A stretch of DNA of 64,000 nucleotides from Takakia lepidozioides (taxonomy: Eukaryota; Plantae; Bryophyta): contig CM060733.1 in NCBI GenBank assembly GCA_030704615.1, positions 68,758,001 to 68,822,000 on the forward strand. Direction: 5' to 3'. The translations under genes and the position numbers were made by a program. Under the pieces are notes generated by a model. It worked only from the letters and a program-made list of their open reading frames with translations, was not told the DNA's origin and made no database searches. Shown here piece after piece: positions 11,155-26,500 of this stretch. The first letter of the stretch is position 1; the number at the start of each line of letters is the position of its first letter.

Positions 11155-11654
11155 NNNNNNNNNNNNNNNNNNNNNNNNNNNNNNNNNNNNNNNNNNNNNN
11201 NNNNNNNNNNNNNNNNNNNNNNNNNNNNNNNNNNNNNNNNNNNNNNNNNNNNNNNNNNNNNNNNNNNNNNNNNNNNNNNNNNNNNNNNNNNNNNNNNNNN
11301 NNNNNNNNNNNNNNNNNNNNNNNNNNNNNNNNNNNNNNNNNNNNNNNNNNNNNNNNNNNNNNNNNNNNNNNNNNNNNNNNNNNNNNNNNNNNNNNNNNNN
11401 NNNNNNNNNNNNNNNNNNNNNNNNNNNNNNNNNNNNNNNNNNNNNNNNNNNNNNNNNNNNNNNNNNNNNNNNNNNNNNNNNNNNNNNNNNNNNNNNNNNN
11501 NNNNNNNNNNNNNNNNNNNNNNNNNNNNNNNNNNNNNNNNNNNNNNNNNNNNNNNNNNNNNNNNNNNNNNNNNNNNNNNNNNNNNNNNNNNNNNNNNNNN
11601 NNNNNNNNNNNNNNNNNNNNNNNNNNNNNNNNNNNNNNNNNNNNNNNNNNNNNN
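11155..11654. other. Assembly gap (500 N)
   Basis: Run of n characters; continuity across it is not established. Confidence 1.
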
Positions 11655-14408
11655 CTTGGAGCTATGAGGATTTAAAAGGGATACCACCTGAAGTCTGTCA
11701 GCATAAGATTGAACTGGAACCAGGGTCAGTACCATCAAGCAGGCGAGGTACAGAATGAATCCCAACTACGCACAGAAGGTTGGAGAAGAGATTAAGAAGT
11801 TGGCTGAGGCTAAGTTTATATACCCAATAGAGTATACAACTTGGTTGTCACCCATTGTTATAGTCCCAAGAAGAATGGTAAACTAAGAGTTTGTGTGAAC
11901 TACAAGAAGCTGAATGCTTGTACGAAGAAAGATCATTTCCCTTTGCCATTCACAGAAGCAGTATTAGACACTGTGGCAGGCCATGAGATGTACTCATTCA
12001 TGGATGGCTTCGGTGGTTATAATCAAGTGCAAGTGGCAGAAGAAGACGAAAGAAAAACAGCTTTCATCACAGACTGGGGTGCTTATGCATACAAAGTCAT
12101 GCCCTTTGGACTTTGTAATGCACCAGCGACCTTTCAGAGAGTGATAAGTGAATCTTTTCATGAGTATCTGGATGATTTCATGCAGGTATTCTTGGATGAT
12201 TTCAGTGTGTACAGCTCTAAGAATGAGCACTTACATAAATTGGAGTTATGTCTGGCCAGATGCAGGATGAGAGGTCTGGGCCTGAATCTAGAGAAGTGTA
12301 CTTTCTGTGTGAACTCAGGGGTGCTTCTGGGACACATTGTGTGTAAGAAGGGACTTCTTGTGGATCCCAGGAAGACAGAGTCCATTAAAGCCTCTCCACC
12401 ACCAGTGAATGTTAAGAGTCTAAGGAGATTCCTTGGGAAACCAGTTATTACAGAAGATTTGTCAAAAGGTATGCACAAATAGCAGCACCATTGAGCAAGC
12501 TTCTGAAGAAAGATGCAGTGTTTGCCTGGACAGCTGAATGTCAACAGGCGTTTGAGGAACTTACACTGTCAGTAACAACTACACCTGTGCTGATTAACCC
12601 TCACTGGCATATAGTATTTCATGTTCACTGCGATGCATCAGGAGAAGCGTTGGGAGTGGTGTTAGCCCAGAATGTTACAGGAAATATAGATCACCTGTGT
12701 ACTATGCTAGCAGGTTGATGAACAGTGCTGAAAGGAACTATAGCACAACGGAAAGAGAAGCATTGGCAATGATCTATGCAGTGAAGAAATTCAGGCATTA
12801 CCTGTTGGGCAAGAAGTTTATGTTCTATGTGGATCACCAGGCTCTGATATACCTGGTAAACAAACCTCTGATAAGCGGAAAAATAGCAAGATGGTTGATA
12901 ATCTTGCACGAGTTTGAGTTCGAGGTTGTTTACAAGCGTGGGAGTCTGCATCTTGTGGCGGATCACTTGTCACGGTTATCAACAGGAGAACCAGCCACAG
13001 GAATAGATGATCAATTACCAGATGCGAGTCTATTTGCAGTGGAGGTGCAGGGAAGTGCAGATGACTGGTTAGATTGGCAGTGGCCAATCAGATACTACCT
13101 TGCTCATGGTCAGTGCCACCTAGTTATGGTAAGGAGCAGAGGAAGAGAATCGCTATCAAAGCTTTACCTTATACTATGGTAGGAAGCAGAATGTATAAGC
13201 TAGGACCTGATGGAATACTAAAACGATGCTTGTACCACCATGAAGTAAATAAAGTTTTGGAGGAAGTTCATAAAGGAGTGGCTGGAGGTCATTTTGGAGA
13301 AGAGACTACCAGTAGGAAGATACTACTCGCAGGTTACTGGTGGCCTACTTTGTTCAAAGATGTACACGAGTATTGTCAGAGTTGTGATGAATGTCAGAGG
13401 CTAGGACCTTTGCAGAGATCTGGAAGGATGGCCTTGCATCCTACAATGCCTACGGAACCATTTCAGAAATGGGGACTAGACTTTGTTGGACCAATTAACC
13501 CACCAGCCAAGAATACACGGAACAGGTACATAATTACAGCCACTGATTATACTACGAAGTGGGTGGAAGCTAAAGCTTTGAGGGACAACACAGCCAAGTC
13601 CACAGCAAGGTTCCTGTATGAGAACATACTTACACGATTTGGCTGTCCCTTAGAATTTATCAGTGATCGGGGAAGTCACTTCATGAATGAGATCATTGAG
13701 TTGTTGACTAAAGAGTTCATGATTGTGCATAGAAAGAGTACAACATATTACCCACATGGTAATGGGCAGGCAGAAGCTACCAACAAAATACTATGTACTA
13801 TCTTGGCTAAGATAGTCAATGCAAACAGAACGGATTGGGATACAAAGCTGCTGACAGCTTTGTGGTCATACAGGACTTCATATAAAGTCACCACTAAGTA
13901 TACACCATTCCAATTAGTTTATGGTATGGAAGCCTTACTTCTAGTGGAATTCCTGTTACCTACCATGAGAACGGAGTGGGGAAAGAGAATGGAATTGCAA
14001 GATTCCATTAAGGTCAGGAAACATGAATTATACCATGTGGAAGAAGTACGTGCTGATGCAGTTGATAATATGACCAGAATTCAGATGAAGAGAAAGGAAC
14101 AGTTTGATGAAGGCAAGTTAAAGACTTTTAAGACGGGGGATTTGGTTCTATGGTTGCAGAAGAAAGGAAAGATTAAAACTTCTAAGCTTAAATCACCATG
14201 GAAAGGACCTTATGTCATACAAAAGATGTATGATAACAACACCGCCATGTTACAAACCATTAACAAAGAAATACTGGGAAGAGTCAATGCCAATAAGTTA
14301 AAAGGATACAGTGGTATCCATGACAAACCCTTGCAGCATGATTTGCATGTTGAAATGCAAGAGCAGTCACGGGCTGCACCAGTGTTACCACAAGAGTCAG
14401 TTGTTTAA
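11655..14408 (+). mobile_element. Ty3/gypsy LTR retrotransposon pol remnant (RT-RNase H-integrase), frameshifted
   Basis: RT: KLRVCVNYKKLN, MPFGLCNAPATFQR, FLDD. RNase H: HCDASG, YASR...ERNYSTTEREALA, YVDHQAL. Integrase: HHCC, WGLDFVGP, SDRGSHF, NGQAE, WKGPY. The order RT-RH-IN is Ty3-type. Split over ORFs 11841-12482, 12491-12718, 12697-13182, 13074-14408. Confidence 0.95.
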
Positions 14409-15872
14409 CTGGCATAGGCCATACATCAGATGTAATTGTGGATCTGGAGGTGCGCCGTCATCTTGCATGGGAAGTGTTGCTTGGTTTGACCACCTTGTGT
14501 GGTTCATGCTTAACAATCTGACGGTGTTCTTCCCCAATGATGCTTACCCATCCATACAGACAAAGTATTACAACTTCTTGGTATGGATGATGAAAGCTGC
14601 CAAGGTCAGCGGTCTTGGCACAGATAACCTTTCAAATGACACGGGAGATTATCATGGAGGCCGCATGCGAATTTGCTGCACACCCTAATGCTAAATTACT
14701 TAGCAAAATGGGTGTTCTCAGAAACCCTACCCTATGCCAAGCAATGGTATCGCCCTGGGTATGTAGAATTTAGGACCAGGTTGGTCTGGTCCCTGATTCT
14801 AGGGTTGATACCAGGGTCTCATACCCATACCGGACCAACACTGGTTTCAACCTCCTGGTTGAGGCCCCCAACTCGAAGCCCTCTCAGCAGTTGTATCTGC
14901 TGGGGTGTATGAATGACCGCGACAAGAACCTCAAGCAATTGAAGACAGCAACAAAGGGATAAGGACTTTCTTAAGGCTTGAAGTTCAGCTGTCTGTAACC
15001 TTGGAATCTGAGAGATCGCAAGCAGAGCCCCACTGAACTGTCATCATTCTTAAATCTGGTAATGCAGCCACAGTGAATGCATATCGCCCCTAGAATCTCA
15101 CACACAATGTTGTGGACCACAGCTCCCTCCGGCCCTAACAGTATCATAAGCCCTTATGATAAACATGGGACTCATAGGAAAATTACTTGAGCGTCTCTTT
15201 GGTTCACAAAATACATACATTATGTGCATATGGGCAAAGCTTGCCAATGATAACATTACCAAGGGAGGTTTGCTGTATAGTTGTGAAAAATTATGGCAGT
15301 GAAACCCTTCTTATTATGACTACTTAAGCACAAAACTGCCTTCCCACAACTGTGATTTGGCTGTAAAACCACTCTAATTTCACCCCCGCGAACAATCTGA
15401 ATAGAAGTCCCAAAAGAAAGAGAAGATCATGGCCAGAATCAATAATGTTCATCTTGGATCAAAACAATAAGTGATGAATGCCAGATTTTCACCAACTAAT
15501 ATTGAAAGATTGTTTGCCTACTCAGCAATTTGACCTTCATGGCTGTGGCCCCCAGGCGTGCATATCAAGCAGCCCTATCAGGAGGAAAAAAGCGACAGGG
15601 GATCTCCATTTCGACACTTCCACACCACAGAAACAATTCTTCTCTCTCCTCCAGAAGTACAGACAGCACAAATAATTCTTCTCTCCAGTAAAAAGCAGAG
15701 ATGCAGCAGCAACACTTGCCATTCACAGCTACTCTTGAGATTGATAAATAAGAATCTTTCGTTGGAACCTTTATCAACATTATCACTCCATGACCAGATG
15801 TCTTTCCACTTCAAAGACCTAGAATGACGAGAAGTATGGAGAGATCGGTGGGGAAGGGTGGGGTTGCAGGAT

Positions 15873-18800
15873 TTAAGTTGTCAAGCCATCTGGCAGGTTG
15901 CCTTGACTGACACCCAAAATCTTTCCACCCACATCAGGAAACGTTTCGAACCCGGTCAGAGTCTCTATGGTGCCATCCCGGTTGACCTTCAAGGGGTATG
16001 GCATCAAATGGCCCCTCATGTCCGTTACTTCTTCTGCCACATATTGCTCCCAGTTTGCTTGCGCCATTTCATTGACTCTCTGTACACACTCCAAGCTAGA
16101 AGGGTCGTCAAAGGGAGACTCTAACACACCCAAGTGCTCTGCCCACAGTGATTTCCGGTAACCATAAACCTGCAAAAGATTGATACCTGTCTCTGTTAAA
16201 AGCACTGAAGCACATGGGTTAACCAACAAAATAAAATGAAGACAGACATCACCAGCTTTAGGTTCAAAAGCTTTGCATGAAAAATCATCTTTCTGATCCC
16301 TGCCTTGCAAGAGAGCATCTTGATATAAATCGACAAGGACACAGACACAAAGGCCTATATGGGAGTCCTTTGAAAGCCTCCCATTTTGTGATTGGAATTC
16401 GGAACTCTCATCTGCAACAGATGCACTCATACGCACTCTTGTCCCTCTGCACACTACCCAAACATTGAGGTTTTGCAAACTGATGTAAGTACTACCTGCC
16501 CAAGGGGATGGCCTCGATTGTGCGCCCACGTATGGTGAGGTTGGTAGGCCCCCATAGCGATCTCTGTATCCCGAGAACCATCCATGGACCGCTGATTGAT
16601 GTTCGCTGATCCCAAAATGACATACTCATCATCAACAATCATTCCCTTTGCATGCACATATATCATGAATCGCCTGTTCTTCTGCACTTGGCCCTGCCAT
16701 TTGCAATAGAAGATTAAAAATTTTGTGCATTCAAGGATTCTATGGGAGTGCCAAAAGGAAATAAAAGCCCCGTACATTGCTCCTCAGAATACTTTGTTCT
16801 GAGTGAGGCAGCCCATAATCTATGTTGCACTCTGATAATAAGTAGAAGCTTATCTATACATCACAAGAAGTGAGAAGACTATTTATTATGAGCTGAAAAT
16901 TATAATAGACATCTTCTGATTATGCACATATTCTGCTCAATTCCAAGGAATTCCAAGTGTCACAGGAGAAGCTTTGGTGCCATGAGAGACATTGTACGCA
17001 TCAGACCCTGCATGCCAAAGCCTTTGAGACAATGATCTGTAACCAGTTTACACAAAAAAAAATGGGAAGTGAGACCAGAGTAAGAGGCTTCAAACAGGTG
17101 CAAATTAAGAAAGCTTGACTCACATGCTTTGTGCTCTCATCAGGTGGTTTCAAAGGGTCTTCCTCCACTGGATGTTTAACCTCCCGGTTGCCTAGACAGT
17201 AAAAGTTCAAGTAGTCCCGTGGATGGCATTTGCCACTTAGACCAACATCATGCAATGTATCCGCAATCAAAGTATACATCATCCTCATTGTCTGTGACTG
17301 CATTGATCAGTTCCCACACCCTCAAGTCAGCTTTTATGACATCTTGGGGCACGAAGCAGTTCCTCGCAAACAAAGTTAATTCTGTGGGGCACCCTACAAT
17401 CGGAACTTTAGAGAGGGCACAACATACTGTGGTTTGTTGCAAGGGTACCTCAGCTTTTGGAAAAAACAAATAAAATAAAAATAGTAATGATCAAGCAACT
17501 TATGCACATCTCAATCTGACACGTAGAAGCAGGACCCTAGATTCTGGGCTGACTGCAAAGAATGTGATATGGGAAGCTAAGTGGCCTTAGAATATCAAAA
17601 GAGAGTACCTGAAAGTAGAGGATCTCCTGCATGGCACCACTGTCAGGAGCACCTTCAGGCCACATAGGCACAACAACATACACTACAAACCTTTGGCCCT
17701 CCCTAATTTTGCTGGAAATCTTCAAGGCGAGCTCCATGGGGATTAGGTGGTTTGCACCTGTTTAACACAACCCCACCCCCTCCCTCTGGTTAGGGGAGAG
17801 GAGATGATGTTGCTACTGCCAAAAGGATAATGAGCCATGTCAAGAAACAGGATAAGAGGGCTGGAAGACCTTTCCTTTGAGTGAGATAGAGGAAGAAAGA
17901 AAGCAACTTAGTACATCAATGGAACCCTCAAAGAGCTTCTGGGAGAAAGGAAAACAGAGAGCAAAATGGGCCCCACCAACTGAGGTACCACATCAAGAAG
18001 TTATTTGGTAAGTTTGATCTGGAGACTTGCCCCTAGAAAACTAGAAAATACAACAGCAAAGGAAGCCAGGAACTTTATAACATCCACAGGAAGCTCAGAG
18101 AGCTTATGGGACAAAGAAAAAGAGAGCATGTGACAGAAAAGTGGGGCAGAACAACATGACAACAAGATATGATAATAAGGAGTTAACTGTAGCTGCGGGA
18201 AGTCAGTGGGGAGAAAGGAAAAAAGAAATGGAAGGGAAGCTACAGCAAAGCTTTATAAAAGCTCAAAGAGCTTAGAGAGAATGTACTCATAAGACGTTGC
18301 CATAGCCTTGTGGCCATAGACCCCACACCCAGCTTGGGTGGAACAAGAGAAAACGCACACTACCTTTGTGAGGGGCTCACTCCAGTGGTGGGACTTACCT
18401 TCATATGAGCAATTTGTTCAGGCTTTCCAGATTTTCTCTAGAAAGCTCTTCACGCAATCATCAATCTGCTGTGTGTCATCTGCCCAGCAGTTAGAGCCCA
18501 ACTGGGCCAAGGCTTTAGGCTCAGCCTCAAGATTTGAGCTTAGAGAGGGAGAATGTACTCATAAGAATCTGTTTGCTGTAGCCTTGTGGCCGCGCCCAGT
18601 ATGGACTGAAACAGAGAGAGAGAGAGAGAATGTACTCATAAGACATTGTTTCCCGTAGCCTTGTGGCCATTAACCACCGCGCTCAGTTTGAGCGGAACAC
18701 AAAGGAGTGCATGTCAGCATGCTTCAAGGTCAGATGGTGGGGTCAGCTGCAACGAATGACTAATACCAGATATCCTGAGTTAATCGACTATATATCTTGG

Positions 18801-21800
18801 GAAGCAGGTTCGCCCTGTCAAACAGGCTTAGTCCTGGCAGAAGAGGGTGGAAGAGATTTTCAAGGATCTGTTTCTAAGTCCGCAAGTCTTGACCCTGCTG
18901 GATAAATCTGACTTCAAGGCTGTAGTGTCCAAAGCCATGTCTGTTGCCAGGAAATTGTCTGATGAAAATGAATTTAGGCAGAAAACTTGCCTGAACTTGT
19001 TTCCAGTCTGTGACATGGGTGAGGACATCATGGATGACCTCAAGGGTCTACCCACTCTTGGCACTGGACAGAAATTTAAACTGAGGGCAGGACCTTTGAA
19101 CAGCAAGCAGACGCAGAGAGGAAAGGGGGATTGCAAATGCCCGTTGTGTGGGCAACCTGAAGACAATATCCACTTTCTGAGTCATTGTCCTGGGTACTCT
19201 CACCAGAGAGACACCCTCTTCAAATCCATCAAGGGAATTGTTCCTGCACCTCTGTTTACCAACTTTGAAAATCTCGAGGCTGTCCTCCCTTCCTACACAT
19301 ACCTTGGTTTTGGGTTCTCCTCCAACTGTAATTGGGAAGCGCATACACAAAAAGTGGCAAGCGCAAGGTGTTGGGTCTCACCAAATTTTTCCACTGGAGA
19401 GAGATCAACTCTTAAGCTAAAAATACCACGCTTTGCCGTGTTATTAGGCCTACCTTGGAGTACGCATCTGCTGTGTGGGTTAATAACTCCAACCAGACTA
19501 AGTCTTGGAAACTACCTTTGTCAAAGGCTGACGCCAGTAGTATGACTTACCTTGGAACAGACAATTGATCCGAGCTTTCCAGATATCCTCTACAAATCCC
19601 TTTTACACAAGCATCAATCTGCTGTGTGTGATTTGCCCAATAACTAGGCTCCAAAAGGGCCTGGGCTTTTGGCTCAGCCTCGAGATTTTCAAAGTTGGTA
19701 AACAGAGGTACAGGAACAAATCCCTTGATGGATTTGAAGAGGGCATCTCTCTGGTGAGTGTACCCAGGACAATGAATCAGTCTTTGAAGTCAATGAAGTC
19801 TTTCTGATTCTCCACACTGTGTCGTAAGCCTTTTTGACTTCCAAGAAAAAGATAAAAGTGGGTTTCCCATCTTTTCCTTCCCTGGATAATCTGGCTTAGA
19901 ATCAAGATATGATCCACGCAGCCCCTGTTTCTCCAAAAGCCAGCTTGGCCTTCATGGCAACAACCTCTAGACTCCAGGTCAACCTCGAGACGAGGACTTA
20001 TAACTCTGCAAAATATCTTGCCAACTGCATTGAGAAGCGTGATGCCTTGATAGTTCCCCGGCTTTTCTCTGTCACCCCTTTTTGTGTAGATTGACAATGA
20101 CACCCTGTCGCCAGCGAAAGGGGATCATTTCAGTCCTCCAGATAAGATTGAAGAGAAGTACAAGGGCCTCTATCATGGGGTCGCCACCATGCTTGATAAG
20201 CTCATTCACTACGCCATTGGGACCACCAGCTTTATATCCATTGAAATGCTCAATTGCTTCCATAATCTCAGAAGAACTAATGGGAGTGTTGTCCCATTGA
20301 AATATACTCCAATTCATCAGGGCTGTCTTGAATCATAGAAACAGTCTTTTCCACTGATTGATATCCTTGTGGATCTGGTAGTACCGAGCCCACAATTCTT
20401 TGATGACTTTCATAATGCAGCACTTTTTATAGAGGACTCGTCTCTCAGCTATCTTGAGTTTGATCTCATTGGTCCACCAATTGACAGCTCTACCACAGAC
20501 AATCAGATTCCTCCCAATGATCTTGTCAGCCACAGGAAACTCTCCCAAGAATCCAGTGTCTTTCGACTTCAATTGCATTGCCAGAGCGAGACTGAAGATC
20601 TTGGAGCGAATGGACAAAGTGAGGGAGAGCCTCTTGCAAGGACTGGACATACTCAGCCATGACCTCTTCATTTTGGAAATTTTCTATGCGCCACTTCTGA
20701 ATCGAACGTTTCACAGATCTCTTGGTGTTGGGGAAACACCTTATCTCAGTCCAAACTAGAAAGTGGTCAGAGGTACCAATATTAGTTCTGTCAATCAATA
20801 CGTTGGCACACTGGGGAAACAAATTTTTGTCCACTATGATATAATCCACAATGGATCGTTCCCCAGTTTGGGCTTTCTCACGAGTCCACTGCACAAGGTT
20901 TCATTTTGACCTATTATTCAAGTTCAAAAGCTGAAGTTCTTCCAGACAGTTTATTAACCGTCTTCCATTAGAATTCAGCTCGTCCTCACCAAAAGGCCCA
21001 ATGGTATCATCCTGGTGAAGACCTTCACCCACCCTTGCATTGAAGTCACCCAATAAGACCACCTGGCCTTTGGCGAGGAACTTAGCACACTCTGGCTTTT
21101 TACGTCCTCAAAGGCTTTATCTGCCTCAGCACTAAGGGTCCCCTCCGTGGGCATGTAAACACAACCCACAAGAGGTCCTTCCTACTCACGCCGCCCTTCA
21201 ATTTCAGTTTCAGCCAGCTACTGTGCTCATACCACAAATCCTTGTTGATAATTTCACAATTGTCACACAAGAAATCTCGGACAAAGAAGCCAATACCTTT
21301 TTTACCACGCTTGGCAGAGGCCACCTTAAGGGCACACATCTTACCAAACCACCTATAACCATTGACATCTCCAACCAGTTTGTCCAAAGTTTCCCATGTC
21401 TCTTGCCCTGCACAGATATGAATACCATTTGCCTGAAGAACTTGTTCCAAATTGTTTCCTTTGGTTAGTCAGCCCCGAAAAGTTGAAAAGTGCCCAGCTG
21501 CAAGCCAGCCTTTTGCATATGGATTGTTTGCCATCTAGGTAGCCTATGATTGCCCTGGACAACCAACCGATCTGCAAAGGGGGGTCAATTACCCCATGTG
21601 TAGATTTTGATCGTCTTGTGTAAACTTTGAGCATTGGCAATTCATTCAGAGTACCATATCCTTCAGTCACACGACGCTCAGACTTAGCACACCTAGGGCT
21701 GTCGTGAATCATAGGAACAGTTTTTTCAACTGTGTCCTCCCATTCTTCAGAAGGCCCCTCACTGTTAGACCTAGAATATCTGCCAAGGATACTGTAGTGA

Positions 21801-23520
21801 GTTTCAAAGGTTTTGACAATTCAACCGTTGAAGTCACCACTGCACCCATAGTAGTCCTCAGCGCTTGAGTACAGACGTTGAAGGGCCAACCAGAATCTCT
21901 TGTCAGTACCACCATGGTGATTTGAGTTTATTTCACTGTATAACTTGTCCCAATAGAGGACTCGTCTCTCAGCTATCTTGAGTTTGATCTCATTGGTCCA
22001 CCAATTAACAGCTCTACCGCAGACAATTAGTTTCCTCCCAATGATCTTGTCAGCCACAGAGGAGACGGAACTCTCCCAAGAATCCACTGCTCTTTCGACT
22101 TCATTTCTTGCATAGCCAGAGCGAGACTGAGGATCTTGGAGCGAATGGACAAAGTGAGGGAGAGCCTCTTGCAAGGCCTGGACATACTCAGCCTTGACCT
22201 CTTCACTACGGAAATTAGCTATGCGCAACTTCTGAATCGAACGTTTCACAGATCTCTTGGTGTTGGGGAAACACCTTCTGATCTCAGTCCAAACCAGGAA
22301 GTGGTCAGAGGTACCAATATCAGTTATGTCAATCAACACATTGGCACTCTTGGGAAACAAATTTTTGTCCATTATGATATAATCCACAATGGATCGTTCC
22401 CCAGTTTGGGCTTTCTCACAAGTCCACTGCACTAGGTCTCCTTTTGACCTATTATTCAAGGTCAAAAGCTGAAGTTCATCCAGACAGTTTATTAACCATC
22501 TTCCATTAGAATCCAGCTCGTCCTCACCAAATGGCCCAATGGGGTCATCCTGATAAAGACCTTTACCCACCCGGGCATTGAAGTCACCCAGTAAGACCAC
22601 CTGACCTTTGGTGAGGAACTTACCAAAGTCCAGCTTTACGTCTTAGAAGGCTTTATCTGCGTCAGCACTAAGGGTCCCCTCTGTGGGCATGTAAATACAA
22701 CCCACAAACCGATCCTTCCTACTCACGCTGCCCTTCAATTTCAGTTTCAGGCAGATACTGTGCTCATACCGCAAACCCTTGTTGATAATTTCACAATTGT
22801 CACACAAGAAATCACGGACAAAGAAGCCAACCCATGTTTTTCCACGTTTGGCAGAGGCTGCCTTAAGAGCGCACATCTTACCGATCCACTTGTAACCATT
22901 GACATCTCCAACCAGTTTGTCTGAAGTTTCCCATGTCTCTTGCCGAGCACAGATATGAATATCAGTTGCCTGAAGAACTGGTCCCACTTTGAATTGTTTC
23001 CTTTGGTTAGTCAGCCCTGAGAAATTGAAACTGCCCAGCCGCAAGCCGCTGTTTGTTGTCTAGGCAGCCTATGGTTGCTCCTGGATGGCCAACCGTTCTG
23101 CAAAGGGGGGACAATTACCCCGTGTGTAAATTTTGCTCGTCTTGTGTAAACTTTAAGGATTGGTAAACCATTCAGAGTACCAAATCCTTCAATCACACGA
23201 CGCTCAGGCTCAGCACTCTTACGGTCAGTTTGTCTGTCTGACTGCTTGGAATCAACCTCACCCAGTGCATCAAACCGGTTAGAAACTTTCAAGTTGAAGT
23301 CCCTGCCCTTGGTTGTCTTCCTAGAGTGCCTCATTGAATCACCAATGTCTAAGACCGCTCTCCAGCCAGTCAAGGGACGAACTTCTTTGAGATTGAATTG
23401 ATGTGAGACTCTATTTGTAGCATTTTTGGGCCTTGCAACCTTGAAAGTACCTCTGTTATCAAGTCTCGAGATGGAACCATTAGCCATATAATCCAAGCCT
23501 AAGCATTTAGCATAAGTAAC

Positions 23521-23561
<41 letters not shown>

Positions 23562-26500
23562 GACAGACAGAATATACTCATGAAACGCTGTTTGCCATGG
23601 CCTTGTGGCCTTAGTCCCCGACCCAGTTGGGGCAGAACAAGACGGAGTTGACACAGAGAGAGAGAAAGATGGAAAAGAAATGTGGTGGTCTATGGGAGGC
23701 CCCCAGGACCCATGTGACACAGTAGAGAAAGAAGAAAGAAACGTTAGATAGCAGTTTGTGGTTCTTCTGCTCTTCCTTGCCCAATGTAAGGAAAAAACAA
23801 AAGAAACTGAAGAAATTGAAGAAAAGAACATCACATCTACAGAACATGACGATGAGAGACACACAGCTAGCTTACCAGCAGACTTGTAGTCTGGCCAATT
23901 GTAAGAGGAGCCAATGAAGTACTGGTTTTCAATATAGATGAAGTGCTGGGCAGAGCGAATGGCTTTGATGTAGGCCATTTGAATACTGATGTCAATGGCA
24001 ATGCTCTTCCCCCATACAAGGTGCTGCATTCCCCATCCCACCACCCAAACAAAAACCCCATCCCTTGTCATTAGTGGCCAAATACATCACTGCTAATTTC
24101 ATGCACAGAAGCTTCCTGAGTTCACATTGGGGTCAGACGCCTTTTCTCCTCATAATTCTTGGCCCCCAAGTATTGTAGGGATAGATTACAACTCATTCAG
24201 AAAATTAGCTGGTTTATCTTCTGGAATAAATTGCTGATTTTTGGGAAATTGAAAGCTTATTTCACCCCCAGCGTTTATGGCTGCCCCTGTCTGTCATCCA
24301 ATTCACATAATTATCAACTTTTGAAGCTCTTGATTGTCTTTGCTAGCCACCTGTATTCAGCAGATCTTGATGGTTACGCCATCTTGCTGGGCTTAAATAT
24401 ATGACGAAATTCTCCTTGAAACCCATTGGCAATTCCTTTCTAAACCCAGGGTGCTAACTCCTTTTCCTTTGCACAAATATAGAGTAACAAAGTGTCGACT
24501 GTGCATGTCAATAGCTAATATTGACACTGGCTTCCATGGTGATCTGCCCATAGGAAGGAAAGTGGGTGGTCAGGCACGCTGAACTGAACTTGCCTTGATT
24601 CTCATTACTGTATATCAATGTAATTGCAGCAGATTCCATACCTATAGTTAATTCTAATTACACGTTGATTGAATGACAAAGTAGGGGAGAAGGTGAATGA
24701 CAACGTTTGCAATTCTTTGCACCAAGCCTCTCTGGAACATCCCAAAGGGTAATAAAAGAATAGTCCAGCTGTGGTCAATGCCTACCTGCTTTTCCGCCTC
24801 ATGAACACTCTTGGGAAACCCCTTTGCTGATCCTGAATCGATCGAACGGAGCACCTACAAAACAAACCAAATCAACACTCGTGGAACCACTTCATGATGC
24901 ACGACAATAGCAATACCTAGCAGAGAGGTGAAACTATGTGGCTAATCTGTCAGGGAGTGAAACAAATAAGACTTATTGCGCCCACGGGAAGGCTAAAAAG
25001 CCAAGGAACAGGAACATAGCAGAACCATAAAACTACTTCAGCCTGGTGAGAAAACAGAATGACAACTACTCAAACATGGTTGGAAGGTAGAGTGCTTCAT
25101 GCAGGTAGGAGGCGAGCAATTTAGTGAGAGAGGCTATATATTGAAAATGTATTTGAATGACACACAGGTTAAGCCCATCCAATTAAAGAGCCAGCCAGTA
25201 TTCCTTCTATAATCACACAACATAACCGCAGATTCCAGAACTCCACAACCAGATTAAAGAGTTGGCTCTAAACCTCAAATAACTCCTTTCGAGACAAGCC
25301 CAATATCAAAGATGAAGTTAATTGTGAGACACCTGAACATGCCATGTGTCGGTCTCATCATCCTCTGTCACAAACAGTACAGGATCTCCATCAGAAGGGC
25401 ATGGATTTGAGGGATGCAAAATCCAGGAAATCCGATGGATGTCAATAAGCTCGTCATCATGCCAGCGTGTGGCCTTTCTCCAACGTTGCTCAAAGTTGGT
25501 GAGAACATCATATGCTGCAGGACCTTCAATTTTGCAGTGCCAGTCATGCCATGGTTGCCTGGGGCCGCCTGCCTCAGCTGGTGCCTGTTACAAGGCACAT
25601 ACTCCTCACCCTCACTACTAAGTTTCTGTCATCAAAAAAACATACAAATATTTTCAATGAAGCCTCATCGGATTCAAAGTAATATGTACCTTACCTTCAT
25701 GTTAATTTCATTGAGGCATATGAGTACAGTCCACGATCAAAGAGAATCCTAAGACCAGCACATCAGTGAGAAGAGTGCTTTCTAACCAAACCCATAATGA
25801 AACCAAGGTTCTACACTATTCCAAGCCAGTTCCACCTCTGGGTGCTGAAACAGTTTACCGAACACAGAGACAGAAGGAAGAGTAAGCTATGTGATCTAAT
25901 GGCACTAATTTAGAAGAAGCTCACCAGAAAGGTGGGCTGGTGGACATCGTTCTTGTGAACAGTTTGTAAAGTGGCAAAGAGAGAGTGAGTGGGGGTGTCC
26001 CAGCGACCATCACATAGATCTAGGCCGCCAATAAACGAAGTTAGTTTCCTCTTGTTGCCCAAGCCTTGACTGTCGACTATCACAAGCTTCTGGTGGTGCG
26101 TGTAGAGTGTTCCCACTACCTGCAGTGTCCACCACAGTGAGAAGGATTATACAGCTCTTCAAAAGAGCACACAAACGAAGCAACACATTCCAAAGTTGTA
26201 AGGTAAACATCTGAAGCACAACATCGAGTTAAAAGATGTCACCATTTTGTAAACCTCAGCAACCTACCTTTTGAAACACTCAGACCACCACATCCCGAAC
26301 CCAGAGTTTCAACATGAAAGATGGATTTCATCAAAGTTCTGGTTGCCAATTTCCATCCATATTTCTAGAAGTGGTGAGTGAAGTGCACCTGTTGCCTAAA
26401 CCAGCTGAGTTTTTGGTCAGCATAGCGTGGGGCTAGCACACAGCATACGGCAGAGTTCCTGAAAAACCTCTTGGTGTCTTCATCGTGGACCCCCATCAAG

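Noticed and set aside
11048-11765. ORFs spanning N runs (also 55815-56795)
   Set aside because: Artefacts of translating through assembly gaps.
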